DNA of 63,622 nucleotides, the filler included, from Craspedostauros australis (taxonomy: Eukaryota), in the NCBI GenBank assembly GCA_030167865.1. It is 12 parts of 12 records of this genome, joined end to end, with 100 filler letters (N's around TTAATTAATTAA, not from the genome) between each part and the next. Parts side by side here need not be neighbours in the genome. Positions count along the whole stretch, not along the records: positions 1 to 11,673 come from JALAGF010005259.1; 11 more parts are not named here. One strand, 5' to 3'. The first letter of the stretch is position 1. Every line of letters begins with the position of its first letter. The notes beneath the pieces are model-generated. The model was not told where the DNA came from. It saw nothing but the letters and a program-made list of their open reading frames with translations, and did not search any database. The position numbers and the translations under genes are program-made. Positions 1-10,648 of the stretch are shown in pieces.

Positions 1-170
1 GAGATGGAGATGGAAATGAAGATGGAATGATGTTGGATATTAGGTTAGTGCCATGTCGTGTGATGTCGTGTCATGTCGTGTAATGGTTCGAGAGAGTTGC
101 AAGAGTGGCTATGCCTGGTGCATAGCATAGAGGCGTAGCATATAGCGTGGTAGCAATGATTTGAACGTAC
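1..170 (-). other. 18S spliceosomal-type intron 8, 5' part only
   Basis: GATGATCAG|GTACGT followed by low-complexity non-rRNA sequence to the window edge; acceptor not visible. Confidence 0.82.
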
Positions 171-337
171 CTGATCATCTTCGATCCCCTGACTTTCGAT
201 CTTGATTGATAAAANNNNNNNNNNNNNNNNNNNNNNNNNNNNNNNNNNNNNNNNNNNNNNNNNNTCGATCTTGATTGATAAAAACATCCTTGACAAATGC
301 TTTCGCAGTAGTTCGTCTTCCAGAAATCCAAGAATTT

Positions 338-554
338 CTGTGGAGAGAGGGAAGTTGAATGATGACGAGTTCATGTTATACAGAGTGAAGATGGATAATA
401 TTGTGTGAGTGAATGGTTTCTTGTGTCTGCTGGTCTCGAGATACGGTGCTGTGCGTCGTTATAGTNNNNNNNNNNNNNNNNNNNNNNNNNNNNNNNNNNN
501 NNNNNNNNNNNNNNNTGCAATGTATCGCAATGTATTGCGTAATATAGTACTTAC
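338..554 (-). other. 18S spliceosomal-type intron 7 (contains an N gap, true length uncertain)
   Basis: CAGAGGTG|GTAAGT...CTCTCTCCACAG|AAATTCTTGG. Confidence 0.9.
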
Positions 555-879
555 CACCTCTGACAATGGAATACGAATGCCCCCAACTGTTCTCCTTAAT
601 CATTACCTTAGTGCGCAAACCAACAAAATAGTACCAAGGCCCTATCTTATTATTCCATGCTAAGATATTCAACGGCATAAGCCTGCTTTGAACACTCTAA
701 TTTTCTCACAGTAAATGATGGGCATCCCCTGCACGACAACTGAATGCCACACAGGTTCCACCCAAGGATGGCGACGTCGGCAAGCACAAACACTAAGTGT
801 CAGGCCGCCAACGTCTGCCAAAAATCCAACTACGAACTTTTTAACTGCAACAACATTAGTATACGCTATTGGAGCTGGA

Positions 880-1057
880 CTGTAGTTTCCAAAAGTGACA
901 GAGGGTAAAGTAGAGTAGAGTAGAGTGGAGTAGAGTAGGGTAGATATGGTTGTGTATGTGTGAGTATATGTATGATTGGCTGGCTGATCTATTGGTCCAA
1001 GGCTTCATTCCGAGGATGGCACGCCACCGTGTCACAGATTCTTGGAGTGTTACTTAC
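880..1057 (-). other. 18S spliceosomal-type intron 6 (178 nt)
   Basis: GCGGTAAT|GTAAGT...AAACTACAG|TCCAGCTCC. Confidence 0.93.
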
Positions 1058-1077
1058 ATTACCGCGGCTGCTGGCAC

Positions 1078-1276
1078 CTGTAATTGCAAGGGCAACGATA
1101 GTGGTGATAGTGATAGTGTGTATTGAGAGAAGTCAGTGAATGATTGAAAAAATTTGTTAGTTTGCTTGTTTGTTTTCGGTTCGGTTGATCGCTGCGCGTG
1201 TTGTGCCACGTCAGTTGTTGTTGCTGTTGCTGTTCCTGGTACTGCCGCTGTTACTGTTGCTGTTGCTGTTACTTAC
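1078..1276 (-). other. 18S spliceosomal-type intron 5 (199 nt)
   Basis: GGCAAGTCTG|GTAAGT...CAATTACAG|GTGCCAGC. Confidence 0.93.
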
Positions 1277-1376
1277 CAGACTTGCCCTCCAATTGATCCT
1301 CGATAAGAGATTTAAATTGTTCTCATTCCAATTGCCAGACCTAGAAAGGCCCGGCATTGTTATTTATTGTCACTAC

Positions 1377-1552
1377 CTGAAGTTGTTAGAGATGGGTAAG
1401 GGTGAAGGTAGGGGAGTGAAATGGTGTGTGAATGGGAATGGATGTGTGAGTGGGTGTTGTATATGGTATGTATGTGTATGCATGCTTTTACTATGGATCG
1501 ATGTGATGTGTATCTACTTTGACTTGGTGTGGTCGGTTCAAGTTGTACGTAC
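1377..1552 (-). other. 18S spliceosomal-type intron 4 (176 nt)
   Basis: CGAAGAG|GTACGT...TCTAACAACTTCAG|GTAGTGACAAT; CTAAC motif present. Confidence 0.93.
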
Positions 1553-1613
1553 CTCTTCGTGTCGAAATTGGGTAATTTACGCGCCTGCTGCCTTCCTTGG
1601 ATGTGGTGGCCGT

Positions 1614-1788
1614 CTGTAATTGTTGGAATGTTATTGTGAAAAGAAGGGGAGGATATAATATGTATGTGAGATGATTGATGATTGATTGAGTTGATTGAAT
1701 TAATTGATTTCATGTGAAATCCTTCGTGCACTCCATGTTGACATGTCACGAGATAATAATGAGAAGGCAGGAAAACAAGGAAACGTAC
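1614..1788 (-). other. 18S spliceosomal-type intron 3 (175 nt)
   Basis: CCTGAGAG|GTACGT...CAATTACAG|ACGGCCACCAC. Confidence 0.93.
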
Positions 1789-2076
1789 CTCTCAGGCCCC
1801 CTCTCCGGAATCAAACCCTAATCCNNNNNNNNNNNNNNNNNNNNNNNNNNNNNNNNNNNNNNNNNNNNNNNNNNGTTACCCGTCATCACCACGGTAGGCC
1901 AATAGCGTACCGTCCAAAGTTGATAGGGCAGAATCTTGAATGATCCATCGCCGCCAAAGGCATGCGATCCGCAATCTTATTATGAATCACCACATCACCT
2001 CGAAAGGGTTGGTTTCAATCTAATAAATACCACTCCAGAAGAGTGTTGACGCATGTATTAGCTCTAGAATTACTAC

Positions 2077-2276
2077 CTGTAGTTGTTAGATGTGAGAATT
2101 GAATGAATTGAATGAATTGGGTCAGGGGGAAGTTTGTGTGAGAATCGAGTTTACAGTTTGGGATGAGGTGGGAGTCAAGTCAAAAGACAGAAAGAAAGAA
2201 TGAGACAACAGCATCCGTGGGGAGTGTTGCTCAGTCCTTTGGTCTGTTCGAGATGGGTGCGGTGTGATGAACTTAC
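2077..2276 (-). other. 18S spliceosomal-type intron 2 (200 nt)
   Basis: GGATAACC|GTAAGT...TCTAACAACTACAG|GTAGTAATTC; CTAAC branch-like motif just before the acceptor. Confidence 0.93.
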
Positions 2277-2374
2277 GGTTATCCAAGTAGTAAGGGACTA
2301 TCAAATAAACGAAAACTGATATAATGAGCCGTTCGCAGTTTCAATGTATGATATTTATACTTGCACATGCATGG

Positions 2375-2567
2375 CTGTAGTTATAAGGGTGAAGCGTCAA
2401 GCGTGGTGTGAATGAGTGAAGGGTGGATGGAGAACAGTATTGTGTGAGTGAAAGGAATGAATGCAATGAATAATGCAATGGATGCTGTGGTTCGTATGGT
2501 GTCGACGTAAACGTGTGTGTTGACATGTGTTGACGACATGCGTGCATTGACAAGTATATTGACGTAC
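2375..2567 (-). other. 18S spliceosomal-type intron 1 (193 nt)
   Basis: GATTAAG|GTACGT...ATAACTACAG|CCATGCATG; removal restores GATTAAGCCATGCATG. Confidence 0.93.
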
Positions 2568-2808
2568 CTTAATCTTTGAGACGAGCGTATGACTACTGGC
2601 AGAATCAACCAGGTTGCTATGCTTAGTGCTCTCCGACGGCACCCGCGTCTGCGTGTGCGTACGGATTACAAAATGCAATGCAAATCAGTGATATGATGTG
2701 CTCTCGCATTCTCCCCTGGGCTCCTTCGGCACTTGCGTACCGAGGGAGGATCCGAGTTTGTAAGTAACGAGTTGTTGTTGGTGTTGTTGTTGTTGACGGT
2801 GATGATGT

Positions 2809-3597
2809 TGTTGGAAATCCGGGGTAGTAGTATAGTCTAATTCTTATTAAACTGTACCGTTTTAGAACTGTGAGAACAACATCTTCATTTCTCAATTCCT
2901 CAAGTCGCTTGCCCATGATGATGCCAGTAACGCCCTGTAGTTGCTTCTTCCTTCATCATAGCAATCCTCCTCCGTCATTCACATCTCGTTGTTCATGACA
3001 GGCGCATTTCATCATGCTCGTCCATTGAGGTTTTCTTCTACACTCCTGCAGTGCATGCATGCCGATGCTGAGTTTCATTCTCTCCCGATCAGGCATCCAT
3101 CACTCATTCAGTGCACTCCTCCGTGTTGTTCACTCACTCTTCTCACATGTTCACTGGTGGTCACACTTGGATCAGAACATGGTGTTCTGGCACGATCAAT
3201 CCAGTCCTTCGATGATATTCCAGTCCGCGCTTTGTTCTCCTTCGGCGGTTCTCTCTCAGTCACGTAATCATGTTCTGGGTTCTGAGTGACACAACCTTGA
3301 TAGCGTATTCGCATAGATGTTGGGTTCAACTGGTCAACCATCGTGCTTAGAACACTTTGGTGTTCCAGTCTCCCTTTCACATCCATTGTTCGCCATGTTG
3401 GGGCGTCAATCATCACAAACATGTCACGCCTTTAGTCTGTCCGTCGTCCGTCATACTCTTGACACACAGAGGAGGAAGGTTCACAATTGACTTGGGAGTG
3501 TGTCCGACTTCGGTAGATCGGTCAGTCTAATTTTGGTATTATGGGAGGTGCGGCAATCTGGGATATTACGACATAGTCGCATCCTCGATTCCTGACA
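2809..3597. mobile_element. Solo LTR, family A
   Basis: TGTTGGAAATCCGGGG...GATTCCTGACA ends shared with other copies; flanks TGATGT/TAATGT (6-bp TSD, 1 mismatch). Confidence 0.8.
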
Positions 3598-3662
3598 TAA
3601 TGTTGCCGTTGTCAGTGTTGTAACGTAACAAGACGTAACGAAACGTAACGCGACGTGACATA

Positions 3663-4131
3663 TGTTGGAAATCCGTGGTGGTGGGGATAGTAGAAAGCTA
3701 ATCGTTTGTTTGAATCTACTTCTCTGAACTGTGACCTCTTCATTGCTCTCAACTTCCAAAGTTCGATCTCCTCCTGAGATCTCCATGAGTTCATCTACCA
3801 GTCTAGCATACCCTCATCTTGCATTCATCCTGAATTCACCATGGTCCTGCATGCTCTACCGAGATTCCCATTGTTGGCAAGTTCCGCTCACGGAAGCCTA
3901 CGATCGTGGAAGACGGTGTTGGTTGATAGTCGGTGTGTTTGCTATTTCAATACATTGGGGCTCCGATCCTCTCGCTGTCCGTTCTCTTGCCCGATGCTCT
4001 CGGCGCGTTTGTCTGTTTCGTAGATTGGTCTCCTCTACCTCCGACTATGAGTCGGTACGCGAGATGCTCTCTCGCTACTCTTCTTATTCTCTCTCTCTCT
4101 CTCAATATCGTGTACTCGTGTTACACGATAT
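3663..4131. mobile_element. Nested LTR fragments: family-A-like end (3663-3871) followed by inverted family B fragment (3872 to about 4131)
   Basis: TGTTGGAAATCCG at 3663; TGTTGGCAAGTTCCGCTCACGG at 3872 is the reverse complement of the LTR-B ends at 23634 and 25826. Confidence 0.7.
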
Positions 4132-4581
4132 TAGCTCAAACTAGTTTTCCCATTAGTCGTGTTAAGATTTAGTCTAGTTAGTCAACTGTCCAACAGCTCA
4201 GAGTTTGAGCGGGATTGAAAACGTGACTCGATGTCGGTGGGATGAGGTCCCACCCTCGAATCGTGCTCTACTTAAGACGATGTCGCGTGTCCGCTGAATT
4301 TGGGTTTGGGCGATCGTGCCGTCCCACGCCACTTATGGGCGTGACATGACCTGTCCTGAACGGACAATCGGGTCAAACCGTTGGATGAACCTTGTTCCCC
4401 CAAATTGATCGGAAGAGAGTGAACAACAAACTCTCTCTCCGACAGTCACGAAATTGATGTCTCCTCTCGGAAATGGCAACATCGACACCGCGATGATTGC
4501 ACGTACGGAGACTCAACGCTCCACTATGTTACTACTAATAGAGATGATGCAGATCCAACTATAATGGATGCTGCACATCAC

Positions 4582-5307
4582 TGTTAGGAATTGAGGGTAC
4601 GACTTTGTCGGAATACCCATAATTGCCGCACCTCCCATCATTGTTCGTCACAGCTTTGAATATTANNNNNNNNNNNNNNNNNNNNNNNNNNNNNNNNNNN
4701 NNNNNNNNNNNNNNNNNNNNNNNNNNNNNNNNNNNNNNNNNNNNNNNNNNNNNNNNNNNNNNNNNNNNNNNNNNNNNNNNNNNNNNNNNNNNNNNNNNNN
4801 NNNNNNNNNNNNNNNNNNNNNNNNNNNNNNNNNNNNGACGACGTCGATCAGAACAGCATGTCCATGGGCAAGTGACGCACCTTCTTCAGAGGACAGCACA
4901 TGCCTCTCCTGCGGACAAGATCATCTGCAGGTTTGGAACATCAGAAAGGATCAGAATATCCGCAGGTTTGGAACATCACCAAAGGTGACATCGATCATGA
5001 GACGGCGGTGTCATGAGAATCAACGACGGAAACATGAGATAGGCAAGTGCTCAAGACTGCAGATCCCTACCATGCAAGCGTAGACAGCTACGACGATGCA
5101 GAGACAAGGAAGCAAGAACAGAGCATGATGAACGAAGAGGGAAGCACCTAAGAGACAACAGGATGCCCCGTGTCGTTACCGCGACAGATGCCTGTCAAGA
5201 AAACGAGATCAGAAGAGAAAGTGAGATTGTGCTCACAGTTCTAAAACGGTACAGTTTCTAACAGCAGATTAGAACTTAGTACTAACTATAACCCCGGATT
5301 TCCAACA
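4582..5307. mobile_element. Solo LTR, family A, inverted relative to the 2809 copy
   Basis: TGTTAGGAAT...CCCCGGATTTCCAACA flanked by perfect 6-bp TSD CATCAC. Confidence 0.85.
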
Positions 5308-6129
5308 CATCACATGCTCACAATCCAATTGAAAGTCTCATTTGGATTCGTACAGCTCTAAAGACTAAGACACATTCACACACTCAAACTCACCAACCTA
5401 CTGCACTAGCACGGATTGATCACCCTTCGGCGTTCAGCAAGTTCACCTCGTTTTCATTATCGTTTTATCAGATAATATGATATCCGAGAATCACATACGG
5501 GACTCAACTGGTATCCAAGACAAGAATCGATCGACTCGACGGTATCCGAGAGTCAGACATGTGACACGATCGTATCCGAGACTGAGAAGGATCCCAGAAG
5601 CATAGCTCTACCGCCCCGCACAGTATACTACTTCAAATCGGATCCTGGAGGAGAGGCATGATTGGTTCAAACAGTCCAGCCTACCAATGACACGGATGCA
5701 CGATACATTCAAACCAAAAGAGGAGAAACTTCAGATAGCAACGCGTATGCCGAGCAACTCAATGAAGCAACATCCATACAGAATTACACTCACAATTAGC
5801 AGCACAGTTACAATGCATTCCTAAGTCACTAGTTGTCACCAGAGCCAAGCAGCGTCCTCGTCCAAACCAGGCGAGTCCACTGCTGGGAAACAACATTGCG
5901 ACATAGGGGCCGTAGTCTCGTGTCTCGTGATGCTGGTCACGAAACCAACATCCCTGCCCCCTGCGACATACACGTGTGATTCGCATTCCTGCATTGAGGT
6001 CACGAACGTCACAACCCTGTTCGCATTCGGCACGTGGCGTTCTGCACCGCAAGACGCGTGCAGCTCACATTTTCTGTCACAAAGATCCAAAGTGAGAGTT
6101 GCGGTAATATACCATTTAACAACGATCAA

Positions 6130-6234
6130 CTCTACACTCTTGGGAGGTGCGGTAGTATATCATTTCAAAAACATTCGACTCCCACTATTGGGAGGTGCGG
6201 CAATTTGTCGTTTCAGAACACCCGATTCCTGACA
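6130..6234. mobile_element. Right end of another family-A-like LTR
   Basis: GGGAGGTGCGGCAAT...CCCGATTCCTGACA terminal motif as at 3597 and 22320. Confidence 0.55.
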
Positions 6235-6429
6235 TGCAGGCAGTAAGTTTGGATGTAGTCTGTCCCTAATTGAATTCCAACTCTGATGCTAGATTTCGAA
6301 CATCAAGGTAGGACACCAGACGTTTCTTCAGAGTCTGTCCTTCGGCGAATTGCAACCCGCTCTGTCGGTGTGACACGAAAGCAAGAACGGGAAAAAACGA
6401 AACATTCAAGTTTCGCAAAGTTTGGTTTC

Positions 6430-6545
6430 CAGAATTTGCATCTATGTTTTGAGTATAACGGTCACAACGTCTAGAAAAGAGGAAATGAACCCACGAACTT
6501 CCGCAACAACAACAAGGCACAGAAATCCAATCCGAGAAACCGCGC
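6430..6545. repeat. Dispersed repeat; inverted diverged copy at about 22640-22800
   Basis: AAATGAACCCACGAACTTCCGCAACAACAACAAGGCACAGAAATCC matches the reverse complement of GGATTTCGGTGTCTTGTTCTTGTTGTGGAAGTTCGTGAGTTCATTT. Confidence 0.55.
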
Positions 6546-8217
6546 GCAATCAAGCGGGGCGTGTTCGCACGACTGCAGACACACGCCTGAGGTCGGTTTC
6601 GGGCGTTTTGCTGTGGGTCCGTCTGAGAGGGCACAAAAGACGATTTTCGCCGCTCGCCGACGTCCAAGTTGAAGACAATGACGAGTCGCACCCATGTCCG
6701 AGTGAAAGCTAAATATCTAAAGCACGGGCGACTGCGGGAGATTTCTCAACTCAAACTCTCGTAACTTACAAAATAAACAGTTTAAGCATTCTAGGAAGGT
6801 CAATCCGCATCTTATTCATAGAGAGGAACATCATATTAAACTTAGAAGTAAATCTGGGAGGGCTTCCCGAGAAATGTGTCACATTTTCGCTCGATCGAGT
6901 CATAGAATAAACAACAACGGCAACGGAGAACAAAAGCAACACAACACCACCAGAACCGACACAGCCAAACACCAACTCCCTCTCTCTTTCTCTTTCTGGA
7001 GAGAAACACAAGGACAACGCAGATGATGGCGAAGGTCTCCTCTTTCCGACGTGCCGATGATGTGTTGAAGATGATGCACACTTCGGATCAACATGCGTGT
7101 GGGACACAGCAAGTTTGCGCAGAACGTTGCATTGAAGGGTGCATGAAGCATTTGGCGCAGAAGTATCGAGCATGAAGCGCGAAGTAGACCCAACAGATTC
7201 CGTTTGCCATCATGGGCAGTCAGATTTATTGGATCAGTCTCACTCGACCGTGCCCCTGCCATCAAGATCGACTTGAAGATGCAATAAATCACCATGTTGC
7301 GATCGGATCTGTGCCTCTTCCGTCTGGGGTTGGAATTTCATCTGAGTTGAAGCCCAAGTTGACCGGCTGGCCATGTGGGAACGCTGCACACGAGTACTTT
7401 GCAGGTGGTTCGTTGTCTGGGCAAAAAAAAAAAACACTGTTCGTTTCGCGTTTCCGTGAACACGCAAGATGTACTCCGTGTTGGCATGGTACGTCAAATG
7501 CGAGAACAAAATACTCTGCATTGGTGGAATTTATTGTCAGGGGTGAGCAACTACCACCTGTTTCCGATGTTACCTCAAGTACATTGGAATACCGTCGAAT
7601 GTCATCAGGGGCTGAAAAAGTCTTCGGTTGATTCGCTGGTACTGGGGAAGGAGAAGACGGACAAAATTGGTGGAAGATGAAATCGAGGTAGAAGCAGAAC
7701 AGGTTGGGGGTTGCTTCGTGGCACTACTCGTAGCCCTTACGCTTGCCCTAATTCCCGGGAATGCAGGAATAGCGTCACTAGAAGGAACAAAGCTAATCAC
7801 TCTACGAGGTCCTCCACGTGACGAGCAATGGACGCGATGTGCTCATGGATGCGAGCGATTCATTGGCGACAACGCCTGCGCTCCCGTCGATCTCGAGCAG
7901 CCATCATACCGTATCCTGGACAGCTCAACGATCAGGTCGCCGTCATCTTGGTTGCTGCCAGTTAAGGGTCGCTGGCTCTATCATCTTCAACACATCGCGT
8001 CATCGTGCAGAGAGCAGAGAGCAAGGCATGGATTCAGTATGGCAACATTATCATCACCCATACGGTTACCGGCATCGATGACAGCGATGAAGATCGTTGC
8101 GTCGCGTCGCGTCCAAACCAAATCCAAACCAAAGGCTCACAATTCCAATCTGGATCATCCTCGCACGCATCTGCAATATCAAGAAAACACAACCAACACG
8201 GAATCAACCAGCCAACC

Positions 8218-10648
8218 ATGATCGCACCTTCGACCATCATCGATCGTCTCATCGGCCTCGTGTCGCTCGCTTGCCTCATGTTTGCGAGTGGCAGCAAAGG
8301 TGTCCAAGCCGCCGCCAACACCGACCAGGGAGACTCGGTAAGTGAATTTTCAGACATACTGTCCGGTGCGAGGATACAAGTCTTGGGTATGGCAGTTGCG
8401 ACTTCCAGCTGGTTGCTGGTGCTGGTGCTGATGCTATGCCTCTCCCATCTATCTTCGAGGAAGGGATCCGTTTAAATTGCACGGTATGTCTATTCGCATA
8501 GTCCTTCTCACGCATAGAATGAGCCAATCCGTCACCTTTGTTCATCTCCTCATTTTGCACTTGCGCACCGCAACCATCCAAACGACTCTGCCACAGAGCA
8601 ACTCATACAAGGCATGCACCCCAGAAGAAGCCAACCTCGTCTTCCCAGGCTTAACTGCGGCGATCTCGGCGCGCAAAGGAGTGATCGAGATGGTGTGGCC
8701 CTCTGCGGAGTTCCATGACCCCACCGACAACTTCGCACACGAGGAGTGCCACGACATCGTGCACGAAGTCTTCATCGTGGAGGGTATCGTGAACTTTACG
8801 GAGCTCTTACTTGATGACCTTCGTGCGAATGAGTCCGTGCATAACCATGAGACCACCGACCTTATCCACACCGCTGAGAACCTCAAGCATGGAGTCAACC
8901 ACAGCGCACTCGTCATCGCCAAAGTTGGTGATGACTGGGTGTCTTCGAACCGAGAGAGCCGTACGTTGAAGGTCTCGACAGCAGACCCTGTGTTGAACCA
9001 ACATAACGTGACCTACTTGGAAGAAGACACGGAGTTTGTGCGGCATGTGAAGCACAGCGACGGGGTCTCGATGATCTTTCCAGCAAGCCAAAGCGGAAAT
9101 TTCGAGGAGGGAGACTGGATCACAGGCCAGGACATGAACGGCGAGCCTTACATCGTCAAGCTGCTGTCGTCAACGAAACCAGAAAGCACGAGCGGCGACT
9201 CCAGCAAAGGCATCGTCGTCTGGAAGGTGATGGATGGAACCCTTGCGGATATTTACGAGCGCCTCGACATGTCTGCGTCCGTGAAGGTCCCTGAAAATCC
9301 AGGAGATACTGATAGCCTTGGTGGCAGCGGTGGCGTGCTACAGTCTCGCATGGACCATATGGCAGCTGCTCAGCACGGTTTCCATTTTGACAAGAGCAAA
9401 AGCATTGGGCCCGTCGACATCGCCTATTCAGGTGATGTCGGCCTTTGGCTGGATTATAACGTGGACATGGGGATTCTCCCCGTTCATCTTGATGCGTGGG
9501 CTTCAGTCGAAGCCGTCCTCGAGCAAACAGCATCCCTCACGATTCAACAAACCCTCGCAAAAAACTTCAACAGAACCATCTCGCTACATGATTGGCAAGG
9601 CACATGGGTCACGTTTTTCGTGGGCGGAGCTCCTGTGTCTGTCAAAGTCACCCCCATCACCAAGGTGATCGTCAACGCCACGGCCACACTGGAAGGAGCT
9701 TTCGGAGTGTCTGCTTCGTCGCAAGACATGTATAGGTGGGAAGCTCAGTACGAGTTGAAGAAAGGATGGAGTTCGAAGATGATCAGTTCAAAGCCAGAGA
9801 GAGACTTCGACTACAATATCAGCGCCAGTGCATCCCTGGACCTTTACGGGGGATTGCAACTGGGAGTTGATCTGAAGGTGTACGGGCTTCTGCAGATGTC
9901 TCCTTTCATCGAGGCTGGACCTGATCTTTCCATTGGGGCCGCAAGCACCCCCAAAGCGCTGTTGTCGTTGTCGGAGAATAATTCTTCCATCAAGCAACTC
10001 TTCCACTTCACCAAATTCAACGCAGGCGTCAAATACGCGATTGGGGTGACTGTGGGAATTGATGCTACCCTCAAGATCCTCGGTAAGACAGTCATCGGGT
10101 TCAACCCCCATCGTACCTTTAAGCGTCAAAGACGCAAGACCCTCTTCGAGCTCCCCACCGCAAAACTCATGATCACGGAGTATCAGAGCTGTGCAGGAGA
10201 TGACGCTATACGGCTCACAGCAGAGATGCATGGGCACGATTACGATGGCTGGCTCTCAAACACGCTCGAGAGTGAATACGACAGCGCCATCGCACCATCA
10301 GACCATTGGACGGTTAAAAAAGAGGGAAATGATCCTGCAACTGTGAGCTTGGCATTGAAACGTTCAGCCATCGAGGATGTCGGCTTCTTCCGGCTTCCTG
10401 AGGATGGTGAGGTTCTCTACTTTGCGACTGGCGCAACCATTCCTCCTCTTCCGTTTTCTTATCTTCTCTTTGAGCATGATCTGGAGAGCATCGAAGGGAT
10501 GCCGGACATGAAGAAGTTTGACTGTTGCGATGATTCTGACTGTGCCAACAAGCGCGACAAGATTGCGGGGAGCCCAGATCGTCCCGTTTGTCGAGATTAC
10601 AAGTGCACCAACATCGAAGTGGATTCCAATTCCAGTTCTGAATTGTGA
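8218..10648 (+). CDS. Secreted hypothetical protein, about 723 aa, two exons (8218-8337, 8597-10648); beta-rich, C-terminal Cys cluster
   Basis: Exon 1 encodes signal-like MIAPSTIIDRLIGLVSLACLMFASG; the phase-0 intron GTAAGT...CCACAG joins in frame to the 683-codon ORF. Confidence 0.82.

Larger units (their letters stand above)
1..2615 (-). rRNA. 18S rRNA: Nuclear 18S (SSU) rRNA gene, 5' half, split by 8 introns; continues beyond window start. Exons: 2615-2568, 2374-2277, 2076-1789, 1613-1553, 1376-1277, 1077-1058, 879-555, 337-171
   Basis: Reverse complement begins AACCTGGTTGATTCTGCCAGTAGTCATACGCTCGTCTCAAAGATTAAG. It contains CCATGCATG, GTAGTAATTCTAGAGCTAATAC, GGAAGGCAGCAGGCGCGTAAATTACCCAAT, GTGCCAGCAGCCGCGGTAAT, TCCAGCTCCAATAGCG, TTAGAGTGTTCAAAGC and GAAGACGAACTACTGCGAAAGC in canonical order. 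Variable regions look like pennate-diatom 18S. Confidence 0.98.

Noticed and set aside
338..2567. Group I intron interpretation of the 18S inserts
   Set aside because: All have GT(A)AGT/GTACGT donors and CAG acceptors, low-complexity interiors and no recognisable P/Q/R/S core; only one follows an exon U.
45..2678. Small ORFs over the rDNA, e.g. the Leu-rich 1170-1619
   Set aside because: Chance ORFs over rRNA exons and microsatellite introns; no homing endonuclease recognisable.
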